DNA from: Bacilli bacterium
GTDB taxonomy: Bacteria > Bacillota_I > Bacilli_A > ML615J-28 > CAG-698
Reading direction: 5' to 3'
Length of the DNA: 64,000 nucleotides
Assembly (NCBI GenBank): GCA_031553555.1
Contig: JAVBLL010000008.1
Coordinates: 149,202-213,201 of the forward strand
The notes under the pieces were generated by a model. It saw only the letters and a program-made list of their open reading frames with translations. It was not told where the DNA came from and did no database searches. Of this stretch, positions 19,271 to 29,327 are shown in pieces. The position numbers were made by a program, and so were the translations under genes. Position 1 is the first letter of the stretch; each line of letters starts with the position of its first letter.

Positions 19271-20332
19271 ATGAAAAGACGAATAACCAAGGAAATTAGC
19301 ATTAGAAATGTGAAAATTGGCGGAAATAATCCAATTGCTATTCAAAGTATGTGCAATACAAAAACTAAAGATATTGCTTCTACTATTGAGCAAATTCATA
19401 ATCTAGAAAAAGCAGGATGTGAGATTGTACGTGTAGCAGTATTGGACATTGAAGATGCACTAGCAATTAAGGAAATTAAAAAAGAAATCACCATTCCTCT
19501 TGTTGCTGATATTCATTTTGATTATAAACTTGCCATTCAGGCAATTGAATCTGGATGTGATAAACTTAGAATTAATCCTGGAAATATTGGAAGTTTAGAT
19601 AAAATCAAGATGGTCGTAAATAAATGCCAAGAAAAAAACATTCCTATTAGAATAGGAGTTAACTTAGGTTCATTAGATCAGGAAATTGAAAAACAATATG
19701 GTCGAAATGCAATTGCACTAGTAGAAAGTGCCAAAAAACATATTCAAATATTAGAGGATTTACATTTTTATAATATCGTCTTATCTTTAAAAGCAAGTGA
19801 CATTGAAACAACAGTTGAAGCATATCGATTAGCCAGTAATCTTTTCCAATACCCTCTTCATATTGGCATTACGGAATCTGGAACAAATTACACAGGGACA
19901 ATTCGTTCCTCCATTGGCCTAGGTATTTTATTATTTGATGGAATTGGTGATACGATACGTGTTTCCTTAGCTGCAGATCCTCTACTTGAAATCAAAGCTG
20001 CTAAAGAAATATTATCTTCTTTTTCATTATATATTAAACCACAACTTATTGCTTGTCCAACATGTGGACGTACACAATATGATATGTTTGAAATCGTCAA
20101 TGAAATTGAGCAGTTCATTGATACTCTACCAAAAATCAAACTGAAAATCGCCATTATGGGATGTGCAGTAAATGGCCCTGGAGAAGCAAGTGATGCTGAT
20201 ATTGGAATTGCTGGTGGTATTAATGAGGCTTTAATATTTAGACATGGAAAAATTATACGAAAAATAAAGCAAGAAAATGTAATCTCAGAATTAAAATATG
20301 AAATATTAAAATTAATTGATAATAATAATTAA
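19271..20332 (+). CDS. ispG: 4-hydroxy-3-methylbut-2-en-1-yl diphosphate synthase (flavodoxin)
   Basis: 353 aa. N-terminal IRNVKIGGNNPIAIQSMCNTKT and C-terminal 4Fe-4S cysteines (CPTCGRT… GCAVNGPGE) are characteristic of IspG/GcpE. Confidence 0.9.
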   Translation: MKRRITKEISIRNVKIGGNNPIAIQSMCNTKTKDIASTIEQIHNLEKAGCEIVRVAVLDIEDALAIKEIKKEITIPLVADIHFDYKLAIQAIESGCDKLRINPGNIGSLDKIKMVVNKCQEKNIPIRIGVNLGSLDQEIEKQYGRNAIALVESAKKHIQILEDLHFYNIVLSLKASDIETTVEAYRLASNLFQYPLHIGITESGTNYTGTIRSSIGLGILLFDGIGDTIRVSLAADPLLEIKAAKEILSSFSLYIKPQLIACPTCGRTQYDMFEIVNEIEQFIDTLPKIKLKIAIMGCAVNGPGEASDADIGIAGGINEALIFRHGKIIRKIKQENVISELKYEILKLIDNNN

Positions 20333-20358
20333 TCGTTCAAATGAACGATTTTTATTAT
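20333..20358 (+). terminator. Rho-independent terminator after ispG
   Basis: CGTTCAAATGAACG hairpin followed by ATTTTTATT. Confidence 0.45.
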
Positions 20359-20455
20359 GTTATATCATTCGTATATATACAACATTTACCACTTGCTTTT
20401 TAGGCTATTTTGTCATATAATGATAGAGATTAATAATATAATTTAGGAGTAAAAA

Positions 20456-22906
20456 ATGAAAATTATAAATAACAAAAATATTCGGATTTTTTTTGTAGCA
20501 TTTATTTTAATTGCTACAACTTTTCTAGTAAAACTCAAAGCTATTGATAATTTCCAAACTTCTAGTGATATCACTATAAAGGGGGCACAAATTAGAACTC
20601 TTGATCCTAATGGCCTAGCTTTTGTTGGTGAAGTTACTAATTCAGAACAGTTTGGAACAAATATCAACTATGGAATTATTTTATCTCGTGGTGAAGTTTT
20701 AGAAACTGATTATGACGATTTTCTTGTAGGTTCTACTATGAATGGCTACTTAACAATCAATGCTTTCGTTGATAGTTTAGATGATGAAAACTTTTTTCGC
20801 ATTACTTTAATTAATATCCCAGAAATATACTATAACCTAAAATTTTCAGCAAGAGCCTATGTTATGCTTAATAATGGAAGTTATATATATAGTTCCCAAA
20901 TTCAAACGCGTTCGTTTTACCAAGTTGCAAAAGCCTTTTTAGATAAAGGAAATGAAAGTGAATTAATCCAAGATATTTGTAAAACAAGAGTTAATTATGC
21001 TTTAAATGGTGGTTCTTGGAATGACACTTCTATTAATAAATACTATGAAGAATTCGCTAATATAACTACTGATTTTTTAAATGATTATAATGAATATGCA
21101 ACTAGTGTTTCAAAACCAATTTATACAAAATCTCAGTTTGGGAGTTTAGACACTACGGGAATTCCAGAATATACTTTGACCGATTTTTTATATAGCTCTA
21201 CATACAAAACAAAATGGATATGGCTTGTAAATTATTTCGCCATTAATGCCAATGCAAATAATATAACTGCTTTTCAAGCATTTAATAATTATACTTCTTC
21301 TACGTCATTAAATGCTGCTAATCAAAATTTTATAAAACAAATAAATTATGAATTTCGAGGCTTTATTAGCGAAAGTCTATATGGCTCTGCTACTCCTTAC
21401 CAATCTGCTGATTACAGTAGCGTGAATCCACAAACGCAAATATTAAATTATAATAATGATAATCAAAAGAGATTATTCACATATGAGAACGCCTTATTAA
21501 ATTTGGACGCACCAAAAAAAGATTATTATAATTTTGTTGGTTGGTATAATAATCCAAGTTTTACTGGTGAAGCTATTACAAATATAGATATTAATCTGGG
21601 AGTAATTCCATTATATGCACAGTATGCTCCTATCAATTATACAATCATTTATGTGACAAATGACGGCGAATTTTCATCTAGTCCTATAACTAATTTTAAT
21701 GTTGAAGATGAAGAAATTATATTACCTACAAATATCTCCTTGGCAAACGCAACATTTCAAGGTTGGTATTTAAATAATAGTTTTAGCGGTGATATAGTTA
21801 CTTCAGTTGCTGCTGGTACAAGTTGCAACCTCACATTATATGCAAAATGGGAGATGGACGCCAAACCTATAAATGTACAATCAAGTGGTGGAGCAAGCAT
21901 CAGCTATAATACTTTCAATGAATTCACTATGGCAAGTGGTGATATAATAACAGTTGCTGCTGGTACGTACAACGAAAATCTAACAATTCCAGCTGCTGCC
22001 ACTAATATTTCTTTATTAGGTCCTAATAAAGATGTACTTGGAACAAGCATTAATAGAACTGATGAAGCTATTTTCACAGGCATAATTACCATAAATGCAA
22101 CTTATTGTACTATTAATGGTATTTCAACTTTTGGTAGTGCTCAAATTAAAACCACTAAGAGTAATACAGTCTTGACTTGTCTAAAAATGATATCTAATAT
22201 AAAAGTAGATATGATATCCGTTGCGGCAACATTAGCAATTTCTAATATTACGATATCTAATTCTTCTATTATTACTACCTCTAATGCTAATGCCATTGTC
22301 ATTACTGGAACAAGTAGCGCAAAAGTGAGTAATATAACAATTACTGATAATTACATCAAAGGATTGATAACTGAGACAACGGATATTGAAACTTGTGCTA
22401 TAAAAGCCAATTATACCAATAATAGCGTTAGCATAATTAACAATAATATTGTTGGTTTTGGAAAGTATCCTATTAATATTAATAATCCAACTACTTCATC
22501 TATTAATATTACCAATAATTCTTTTGTATCTGGGGGTATTATTGGTGGACATATAATTATTATTCAAACTTCTACGACTAATACAGCATGCATAATTTCA
22601 TATAATACTTTTACTACAAGTAAATGTGATAATTCCACAGATACTAGTGATGGTTCAATTATTAATGTAAGAGGAGCTGTAGGTACTGATAAATATTCGA
22701 TTATTTACAACAAATTTATGGATGCAGGATCACTTGCAAAAACAATATATTTAAGTTTTGGTGTTAGTTCAGCATCTAGTGCAGCATTCATAGTTGATTC
22801 TAACTATTTTGCCATTGCTCCAACAACAACAAATGTAAAAACCACACTTGAAATTACAAATACTTATTCGTCATCAAATGATGTACCTACATATAGTCCA
22901 TCTTGA
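20456..22906 (+). CDS. Secreted surface protein with Listeria-Bacteroides (Flg_new) repeats and right-handed parallel beta-helix domain
   Basis: 816 aa. Signal peptide MKIINNKNIRIFFVAFILIATTFLV. Two Flg_new repeats (YNFVGWYNNPSFTGEAI… ATFQGWYLNNSFSGDIVTSVAAGTSCNLTLYAKWE). A beta-helix block (AGTYNENLTI… TDEAIFTGII…) paralogous to that in 11396..14332. Confidence 0.6.
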   Translation: MKIINNKNIRIFFVAFILIATTFLVKLKAIDNFQTSSDITIKGAQIRTLDPNGLAFVGEVTNSEQFGTNINYGIILSRGEVLETDYDDFLVGSTMNGYLTINAFVDSLDDENFFRITLINIPEIYYNLKFSARAYVMLNNGSYIYSSQIQTRSFYQVAKAFLDKGNESELIQDICKTRVNYALNGGSWNDTSINKYYEEFANITTDFLNDYNEYATSVSKPIYTKSQFGSLDTTGIPEYTLTDFLYSSTYKTKWIWLVNYFAINANANNITAFQAFNNYTSSTSLNAANQNFIKQINYEFRGFISESLYGSATPYQSADYSSVNPQTQILNYNNDNQKRLFTYENALLNLDAPKKDYYNFVGWYNNPSFTGEAITNIDINLGVIPLYAQYAPINYTIIYVTNDGEFSSSPITNFNVEDEEIILPTNISLANATFQGWYLNNSFSGDIVTSVAAGTSCNLTLYAKWEMDAKPINVQSSGGASISYNTFNEFTMASGDIITVAAGTYNENLTIPAAATNISLLGPNKDVLGTSINRTDEAIFTGIITINATYCTINGISTFGSAQIKTTKSNTVLTCLKMISNIKVDMISVAATLAISNITISNSSIITTSNANAIVITGTSSAKVSNITITDNYIKGLITETTDIETCAIKANYTNNSVSIINNNIVGFGKYPININNPTTSSINITNNSFVSGGIIGGHIIIIQTSTTNTACIISYNTFTTSKCDNSTDTSDGSIINVRGAVGTDKYSIIYNKFMDAGSLAKTIYLSFGVSSASSAAFIVDSNYFAIAPTTTNVKTTLEITNTYSSSNDVPTYSPS

Positions 22907-22928
22907 TTAAAAATAAGTGATGTATTAA

Positions 22929-22972
22929 AAATGGAACTCCTATCATTATTATGATAGGAGTTCCATTTTTAA
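22929..22972. terminator. Bidirectional intrinsic terminator
   Basis: GGAACTCCTATCAT-tatt-ATGATAGGAGTTCC perfect 14-bp stem with T/A runs on both sides. Confidence 0.55.
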
Positions 22973-22990
22973 TATAACTGCTATTTTTTA

Positions 22991-23548
22991 TTAGTAATGT
23001 TCATCATCTAAAACAGTTTTTTCATTAAATGATAGCCAAGTTAAACGACTAGTTAAAACCCATAAAAGAAATATATAAATTACGGACATTACTAATGATG
23101 TACCAATTTTTATAAAAATCATTAGAAATGTTTGAGTACTCGCATATCCCATTAGCTTAGAATCCAAAAAAATCACTAAAGAATTAATAAGAGTAACAAA
23201 TATAGAAGTTGAAATAACTACTATACCTATATTAATTAAAGTATTTTTAGATTTTAATAACTTATATATAAATCCACTAAGTGCTCCCCATATAATTGGA
23301 GCTAGCATCCAGAGAGGGGTTGTTGGCCCTAATCCATACTCACTTATAATTTGCATTACAAAGCCCGATACTAACCCAGTTAAAAGTCCAAGTGTTGGAC
23401 CATACATAATTCCTACAAACATTAATGGCAAGGCATATAATGTTATTTTAATATCATTTCCAATTTTGATACTAATAAAATCCAGAGCAATCGCCAGAGC
23501 AGCCATATTTGCACACAAACAAATTTTCAAAACTAAATTTTTCTTCAT
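22991..23548 (-). CDS. folT: ECF-transporter substrate-specific S component, probable folate/THF-family (FolT-like)
   Basis: 185 aa, 5-6 TM helices, typical S-component size. Preceded by a THF-riboswitch-like leader. Confidence 0.6.
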   Translation of the reverse strand: MKKNLVLKICLCANMAALAIALDFISIKIGNDIKITLYALPLMFVGIMYGPTLGLLTGLVSGFVMQIISEYGLGPTTPLWMLAPIIWGALSGFIYKLLKSKNTLINIGIVVISTSIFVTLINSLVIFLDSKLMGYASTQTFLMIFIKIGTSLVMSVIYIFLLWVLTSRLTWLSFNEKTVLDDEHY

Positions 23549-23554
23549 AAAAAA

Positions 23555-23672
23555 AGACCTCCATACAGAGATCCGCTATATTAACAGCGGAAGAATAGAA
23601 AAACCGCCACTATGTGTTCGTCCGTATCTTATCCTAAATACAGCACTTAACGCTTTTCCACTATTTCTGTTA
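23555..23672 (-). ncRNA. Tetrahydrofolate (THF-I) riboswitch-like 5' leader
   Basis: Minus-strand leader AGAAAUAGUGGAAAAGCGUUAAGUGCUG…UAGGAUAAGAUACGGACGAACACAUAGUGGCGG…CCGCUG. It contains the conserved GCGUUAAGUG, GGAU, ACGAA/GGCGG and 3' CCGC(U) pseudoknot-partner segments of the THF aptamer. Followed by the GGAGG RBS. Confidence 0.55.
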
Positions 23673-23677
23673 ACATT

Positions 23678-23706
23678 ATTATATAGTAAAGTACTTTTTA
23701 TTGCAA
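23678..23706 (-). promoter_or_regulatory. Sigma-A-type promoter for folT leader (TTGCAA-17-TATAAT)
   Basis: Read on the minus strand: TTGCAATAAAAAGTACTTTACTATATAAT, ~8 nt upstream of the riboswitch 5' end. Confidence 0.4.
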
Positions 23707-23764
23707 GATAAATGTAACTTATAAAAACATTTTCTTACAAAATTCTAGATTAATTTCAAATTTT

Positions 23765-24325
23765 TTAAATGATAAAAGTAATACAACCCTCTTTACGTTT
23801 TGAAGATATTGGAAGATTTCCAGTTTTATACCCTAACATAATTGATATATATACTTTATATCCTTCAGGAATTTGTAATTCTTTGTATAGGTCATCTCTT
23901 TCAACGGTATTAAATGCTTGAGTGACAAAATACCCCCAACAAGATCCAATATCAAGACTTTCTGCTGCTAATAATATATTTTCAGTTGCAGCGGATACGT
24001 CATATATAGAGCAAACATTTCGCTCTTCTCCTGATACAAGAATAACTGTTGGAGCATTATATGTACTATGAAATCCATCATCCTTACCTAATTGCTCAAG
24101 CCACGGCAAACCACATGTTGCAGCAAATTCTTTTGCAAGTTTATTAAGTCTTGATAAGACTTCAATATTTTGAATCACTGTAAAATGCCATGCTTCTCCA
24201 CTTCCATTTGGTGCATACTGTCCAGCCTCAACGATTGCTTCTATTTCTGGAATACTAATTTGTTCTAAACAAAATTCACGAATGCTTCTTCGTCTTTTAA
24301 TCGTATCTAATATTTTATTTGTCAT
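23765..24325 (-). CDS. Nitroreductase-family (NAD(P)H-flavin oxidoreductase) protein
   Basis: 186 aa. N-terminal RRSIREF motif and overall nitroreductase fold pattern. Confidence 0.8.
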   Translation of the reverse strand: MTNKILDTIKRRRSIREFCLEQISIPEIEAIVEAGQYAPNGSGEAWHFTVIQNIEVLSRLNKLAKEFAATCGLPWLEQLGKDDGFHSTYNAPTVILVSGEERNVCSIYDVSAATENILLAAESLDIGSCWGYFVTQAFNTVERDDLYKELQIPEGYKVYISIMLGYKTGNLPISSKRKEGCITFII

Positions 24326-24345
24326 TAAAAAGTTCTCCTATTTTA

Positions 24346-25230
24346 TTAAGATTCATTGATTTTATTAATGAGATTAGCATCAAATTCTTGTTTCTTCAAC
24401 ATTTCAATTTCCCATTTATATGGTGCGAATTCCGATACATATGGAGTTTCCAATATTTTAGCGACATTTACAAATCTATCATCAAAAACAAATTTTGATA
24501 ATGTTGAAAAACCAATTTGTCCAAAGCCAATATTTTCATGGCGGTCTTTATGGCTTTCCAAAAAATTCTTTGAATCATTTAAGTGAATAACCTTTATTTT
24601 ATCAAGTCCAATGAGTTCATCAAATTTTTTTAATACTTCTTCATAATTATCCACAATATTATATCCACTATCCCAAACATGACATGTATCAAAGCATATT
24701 TGAAGACGATTATTATTGACATTTTCCAATACAGTTTTTAACTCCTCAAACTTAGAACAACATTCGGTCCCTTTACCTGCCATTGTCTCTAAACATATTA
24801 TGACGTCAGTATTTTTGGTTTTCTCAAAAATCTTTTTTAAACTATCACTAATTAGATTTAGTCCTCTTTCCAGACCTTCCCCAACATGAGCACCAGGATG
24901 AACAACAATATACCTTGCCCCTATGGCATCAACTTTCATAATTTCATTAGCGATAAAATCAATGGCATATTCTCGTTTTTGAATATCTGGTTGAGCCAAA
25001 TTAACAATATAAGGCGCATGAATAATAACGTCATTATAATCAATATTATTTTTTAATAGTAAATCATGAAATTCTTCTATTTTAAATTCTTTAAGTGGTT
25101 TTCTAAACGAGTTTTGTGGCGCACCTAAATAAAACATTAGGCAATTGGCATTATAACTAAGTGCTTCATTTAATGCTCCAACCAACATCTTCTCACCACT
25201 ATTGCTGACGTGACTTCCGATTTTAATCAT
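24346..25230 (-). CDS. nfo: Deoxyribonuclease IV / apurinic-apyrimidinic endonuclease IV
   Basis: MIKIGSHVSNSGE… start. Conserved AP-endonuclease 2 family metal ligands (HAPYIVNLA, HPGAHVG, ICLETMAGKG, CFDTCH, HLNDSK). Confidence 0.85.
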   Translation of the reverse strand: MIKIGSHVSNSGEKMLVGALNEALSYNANCLMFYLGAPQNSFRKPLKEFKIEEFHDLLLKNNIDYNDVIIHAPYIVNLAQPDIQKREYAIDFIANEIMKVDAIGARYIVVHPGAHVGEGLERGLNLISDSLKKIFEKTKNTDVIICLETMAGKGTECCSKFEELKTVLENVNNNRLQICFDTCHVWDSGYNIVDNYEEVLKKFDELIGLDKIKVIHLNDSKNFLESHKDRHENIGFGQIGFSTLSKFVFDDRFVNVAKILETPYVSEFAPYKWEIEMLKKQEFDANLINKINES

Positions 25231-26557
25231 TATTTTTACTATGCTCCTTCTTATGATACATTGAATCAATATTACTTCTTTTCATTTTACGCAATTTTTT
25301 CTTTATTTCTATATTTCTTTTTTTACGATAACCTGGCTTTACTTTCTTTGGCATCGGCGTTTTCAAATGCAGTTCTTCTTCAATTTTTATAACTTTTGAT
25401 GATTTAGGGCGTTGATTTCGTTCCTTAGTCGCAACCAAATTTCCATCTTTCATTGCCATATAAGTACATTTCAAACCTTTATTTTGAAGTTTTTCAATAT
25501 ATAAATCATCTTCAAAATCATAAAATGAAATGGCGGTTCCATCAAAATTATAACGTGCTGTTCTTCCAACTCTATGAATAAAGAAATCAATATCCTCAGG
25601 CAATTCATAATTTATAACATGACTAACCCCCTCAATATCAAGTCCGCGTGAGGCAATATCACTAGCAACTAAATATTTATATTCGCCATCTTTTATGCGC
25701 TTCAACATTTGTTTTCTTTCTCTTGATTGTAAATCACCAGTAAGTTTTCCTACTTTTATGTTATTATTCGCCAAATAATCCGCAAGAAAATCGACCTGAT
25801 TTTTGGTATTAGCAAAAATAAGAACTAAATATGGAGTAAAAGAATGCAAAACATTTACTAGTAATTGATTTTTATCTTTATTTTTAGTTGGAATAAATAT
25901 ATGATTTATCGATGATTTAGTGAAACTGGAAACTGACAAATCAATTAATTCATAATTATTTAAATATTTTTTAAGAAAAGTTAAGAGGTTTTTGGAAATC
26001 GTTGCGCTGAAAATACCAATTTGTATATTATTTGGTATTTTTGAAAATACTTTGTCAACATTTTCAATATCACTATCTTCAAACACCATATCCGCCTCAT
26101 CAATAATAATCATATTAGCCTGATGTATTTTTAGAATATTGCTAGATATAGCTAAATCATTTATTTTACCAATAGTACCAACAATGATTTGTGGTTGTGA
26201 TTTTTCAAGGCGTTTGATTTCTTGTTCTCTGTCAGTACCACCAACATATAATCGACAATCAACTTCTATACTTGCATCAAGTAAATTTGTTAATTCCTTA
26301 TACAACTGCATTGCTAATTCTCTTGTTGGAGAAATAATAATTTTTTGTAAATTTTTATCATTTTCATCCAAACTTTGAAGCATTGGTATTAGAAAAGCAT
26401 GTGTCTTACCAGTTCCCGTAGCACTTTTAACAATAACATTTTCTTTGTGTAACAATTTTGGAATAACAACTTCTTGTACATCAGTTGGTTCCAAAAAGGA
26501 TTTTTTATTTAAACTATTCAATAAATAAGTCTTTAACTTATAATCTTTAAACTTCAT
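25223..26557 (-). CDS. cshB: DEAD-box ATP-dependent RNA helicase
   Basis: 444 aa with motif I ATGTGKTHAF, PTRELA, DEAD (IIDEADMVFE), SAT, HRVGRTAR and a basic C-terminal tail. Adjacent to nfo as in B. subtilis (yqfR-yqfS). Confidence 0.8.
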   Translation of the reverse strand: MKFKDYKLKTYLLNSLNKKSFLEPTDVQEVVIPKLLHKENVIVKSATGTGKTHAFLIPMLQSLDENDKNLQKIIISPTRELAMQLYKELTNLLDASIEVDCRLYVGGTDREQEIKRLEKSQPQIIVGTIGKINDLAISSNILKIHQANMIIIDEADMVFEDSDIENVDKVFSKIPNNIQIGIFSATISKNLLTFLKKYLNNYELIDLSVSSFTKSSINHIFIPTKNKDKNQLLVNVLHSFTPYLVLIFANTKNQVDFLADYLANNNIKVGKLTGDLQSRERKQMLKRIKDGEYKYLVASDIASRGLDIEGVSHVINYELPEDIDFFIHRVGRTARYNFDGTAISFYDFEDDLYIEKLQNKGLKCTYMAMKDGNLVATKERNQRPKSSKVIKIEEELHLKTPMPKKVKPGYRKKRNIEIKKKLRKMKRSNIDSMYHKKEHSKNND

Positions 26558-27848
26558 TAATTTCTACTCCTTGACTTTTTGGATATCCAATTTCTTTCAA
26601 TATTACTTTAACTAAAGTATTTTGTTCGGCTTTACTATTAAACTCTACTTCAATATAATTTGAAGTATGACCAAATGCTATGCCATTCTCATTTTTTTCA
26701 ATTAGTACATTCAATACAACATTTTTAAACTGATTGCGATATTCTAAAGCTTTTTGTTTATTTAATTCAATTAGTTTATTGACACGTAATTTTTTAGATA
26801 TCTCATCTACTTGTTCAGGGTAGTTATAAGCAGGCGTCAGTGGCCTACGAGAATATGGAAATACGTGCATTTCACCATATCCTTGTGAAAGGATAAATTG
26901 ATATGCCTCCAGAAAATCTTCATTTGTTTCACCAGGAAATCCCGTTAAAATATCAGTTGTAATATTAATTGTCGGAAATATTTTACGGATACTAACTATT
27001 TTTTCTTGATATTCTCTAGTAGTGTATTTGCGATTCATATTTTTAAGTATTTTATCAGTACCACCTTGTAAAGGAATATGCAAATGACTGCAAAAATGAT
27101 TTTCATATTTCTTCATAACAAATAATAATTTTTCAGTTATTTCGGTCATCTCAATTGATGAAATACGTAATTTATATAACTTTGGTACGTTTTTTATTAT
27201 ATCAACTAATAAATCTGAAAAATCATAATTAATTAAATCTTGTCCGTAACTGCCAGTATTAATACCCGATAATACTATTTCTTTCATGCCTTGATTCGTT
27301 AAATCTGCAATTTCAGTAATGACATCATTAGCATTACGACTTCGAACATGGCCTCTAGCATAAGGAATAGTACAATAACTACAATAGTTATCACAACCAT
27401 CCTGAATCTTTACAAAACCTCTTGTTTTTTTATTATAACGAACTATTTTCAATTCTTCATACTTAGATATATTAAAAATATCTTCATGTGTATTAATAAT
27501 TTTCTTTTTATTTAATGCATCAATTACCATTGAATATAATTGATTACGCTTGGAAGTGCCGATTAAAATATCTACTCCTTCGATTTTCTCGATTTCCTCA
27601 GAATTTAATTGAGCATAGCACCCCATTACAGCAATAATAGCTTGGGAATTGCAATTTATTGCTTGTCTAATCATACGACGACTTTTCGCATCACTGACGT
27701 GAGTAATTGTACAAGTATTTATGATATATACATCACATACATCACTAAAATCAGCTAATTCAAAACCGTTATTTAAAAACTCATTAATAACCGCTTCACT
27801 TTCATATAAATTAACTTTACATCCTAAAGAGCAATAACTAACCTTCAT
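26547..27848 (-). CDS. mtaB: tRNA t6A37 methylthiotransferase (radical-SAM MiaB-like, MtaB)
   Basis: N-terminal MTTase domain (KVSYCSLGCKVNLYESE) and radical-SAM CxxxCxxC (CDNYCSYC). Synteny with rsmE matches yqeV-yqeU. Confidence 0.8.
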   Translation of the reverse strand: MKVSYCSLGCKVNLYESEAVINEFLNNGFELADFSDVCDVYIINTCTITHVSDAKSRRMIRQAINCNSQAIIAVMGCYAQLNSEEIEKIEGVDILIGTSKRNQLYSMVIDALNKKKIINTHEDIFNISKYEELKIVRYNKKTRGFVKIQDGCDNYCSYCTIPYARGHVRSRNANDVITEIADLTNQGMKEIVLSGINTGSYGQDLINYDFSDLLVDIIKNVPKLYKLRISSIEMTEITEKLLFVMKKYENHFCSHLHIPLQGGTDKILKNMNRKYTTREYQEKIVSIRKIFPTINITTDILTGFPGETNEDFLEAYQFILSQGYGEMHVFPYSRRPLTPAYNYPEQVDEISKKLRVNKLIELNKQKALEYRNQFKNVVLNVLIEKNENGIAFGHTSNYIEVEFNSKAEQNTLVKVILKEIGYPKSQGVEINEV

Positions 27849-28560
27849 TTTCCACCTCATATGCTAGAATGCTCATGACATATAACGGGGCCGTTTCTGT
27901 GCGCAAAATACGTCTTCCTAGACTGACCAATTGAGCCTTTGTTTTCATGATTTCCTTGACTTCATTATCACTGAAACCACCTTCTGGGCCAATGATTACT
28001 AAAATATTATGTCCTGTAAAAGATTGCATTACCTTCTTTAGATTTATTTCTTGTCTATTAATGGTATGACAAAATAATACTAAATCAAAATGGATAGTTA
28101 AAGCTAATAGTTCCTTATATGAAATGATTTCATTAATTTCCATCAACTTTTGGCGCTCTGATTGTTCTGATGCTTCCTTGATAATCTTCATATATCGCTC
28201 TTGTTTATCATTAGTATGTCTAACAACTGAGCGATTCATTAAAACCGGTATGTATTTATGGCAGCCTAGTTCAACTAGTCTTCTTATAACTTCTTCCGTT
28301 TTCTCTCTACGAACTAATCCATGGGCAATAGTGACATTATTAAGGAGTTCAGCATTATCATCTAAAGTGTTAATGATTTCTAAATTTACATAATCATCAA
28401 CACTAATAATTTTACACAAATAAGATTTTTCTTGATCACATGCTATAACTTCATCGTCTATTTTCATTCTCATAACATTTTTTATATGATGATAATCATT
28501 ATCTTTTATTTTGATAGTATTATTAATTATTTGATTTTTATTAATAAAATAACGCTGCAT
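27838..28560 (-). CDS. rsmE: 16S rRNA (uracil1498-N3)-methyltransferase
   Basis: 240 aa, RsmE/YqeU family (PUA-like N-terminus, SPOUT C-terminus: IAHGLVRREKTEEVIRRLVELGCHKYIPV… VIIGPEGGFSDNE). Confidence 0.8.
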   Translation of the reverse strand: MQRYFINKNQIINNTIKIKDNDYHHIKNVMRMKIDDEVIACDQEKSYLCKIISVDDYVNLEIINTLDDNAELLNNVTIAHGLVRREKTEEVIRRLVELGCHKYIPVLMNRSVVRHTNDKQERYMKIIKEASEQSERQKLMEINEIISYKELLALTIHFDLVLFCHTINRQEINLKKVMQSFTGHNILVIIGPEGGFSDNEVKEIMKTKAQLVSLGRRILRTETAPLYVMSILAYEVENEG

Positions 28561-28569
28561 ATTTTTTCC

Positions 28570-29058
28570 TTATTTTTTATATTTTTTCAAATCAATATGA
28601 CAATATCCATTTGGATTTTTATCTAAATAATCTTGGTGATATTCCTCAGCTAAATAAAAGTTTTCTAAATAAGAAATTTCTATAGCAAATTCTTCACTTG
28701 ATTCTTTTTGTTTATTAATAATATAATTTTTAACAAACTGTTCATCCTCGCCATCATTATAATATATTCCTGTTCTATATTGATGACCGTAATCTCCACC
28801 TTGATGATCAATATTATATGGATTTATGATTTCAAAAAAGAAATCCAAAATTTCTTTTAATGATATAAGGGAGTTATCGTAAATAATTTGTACAGCCTCA
28901 CTATGTTTTGCAAGTTGACTTCTCACTTCTTCATATGATGGGTTAGCAAAATTACCATTGGCATATCCACATTCAGTAGAAATAACCCCTTCATGCAATT
29001 TATAGTAAGCTTCAACACCCCAAAAACATCCACCAGCAAGAAAAATAACTTTTTCCAT
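28570..29058 (-). CDS. msrA: Peptide-methionine (S)-S-oxide reductase
   Basis: 162 aa. Active-site GCFWG motif (AGGCFWGVEAYY). Confidence 0.85.
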   Translation of the reverse strand: MEKVIFLAGGCFWGVEAYYKLHEGVISTECGYANGNFANPSYEEVRSQLAKHSEAVQIIYDNSLISLKEILDFFFEIINPYNIDHQGGDYGHQYRTGIYYNDGEDEQFVKNYIINKQKESSEEFAIEISYLENFYLAEEYHQDYLDKNPNGYCHIDLKKYKK

Positions 29059-29149
29059 AATCCCTATTCCTTATATATATTACTATTATACTATAAAAAC
29101 CACATTTAGTCAAAAGATGTTTACTGATGATTTTCATATTTTTATAATT

Positions 29150-29202
29150 TAAAAACGCCTGGACATTATAACTATTTTTGCTAGCTAATATTCAGGCGTT
29201 TT
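29150..29202 (-). terminator. Putative terminator downstream of dnaJ
   Basis: AACGCCTG…CAGGCGTT stem with a long loop followed by a T-run on the minus strand. Weak. Confidence 0.3.
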
Positions 29203-29327
29203 AAATCTTTTTTAATTATTCATTTTTCAACAATCTTAATAAAGACACTTAAGTGTCTTTATATATATTATAGAATATATATATATACTATTCTATTGTT
29301 TTAGTTATATGAGTATTACAATTAGAT

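Noticed and set aside
23466-23711. 81-aa plus-strand ORF across the folT start and its leader
   Set aside because: Overlaps the riboswitch-like leader and folT start on the opposite strand; composition-driven ORF.
29255-29310. (TA)n-rich low-complexity stretch between msrA and dnaJ considered as a possible contingency locus
   Set aside because: Short and imperfect, and lies in an intergenic terminator/promoter region of an AT-rich genome. Nothing distinguishes it from background composition.
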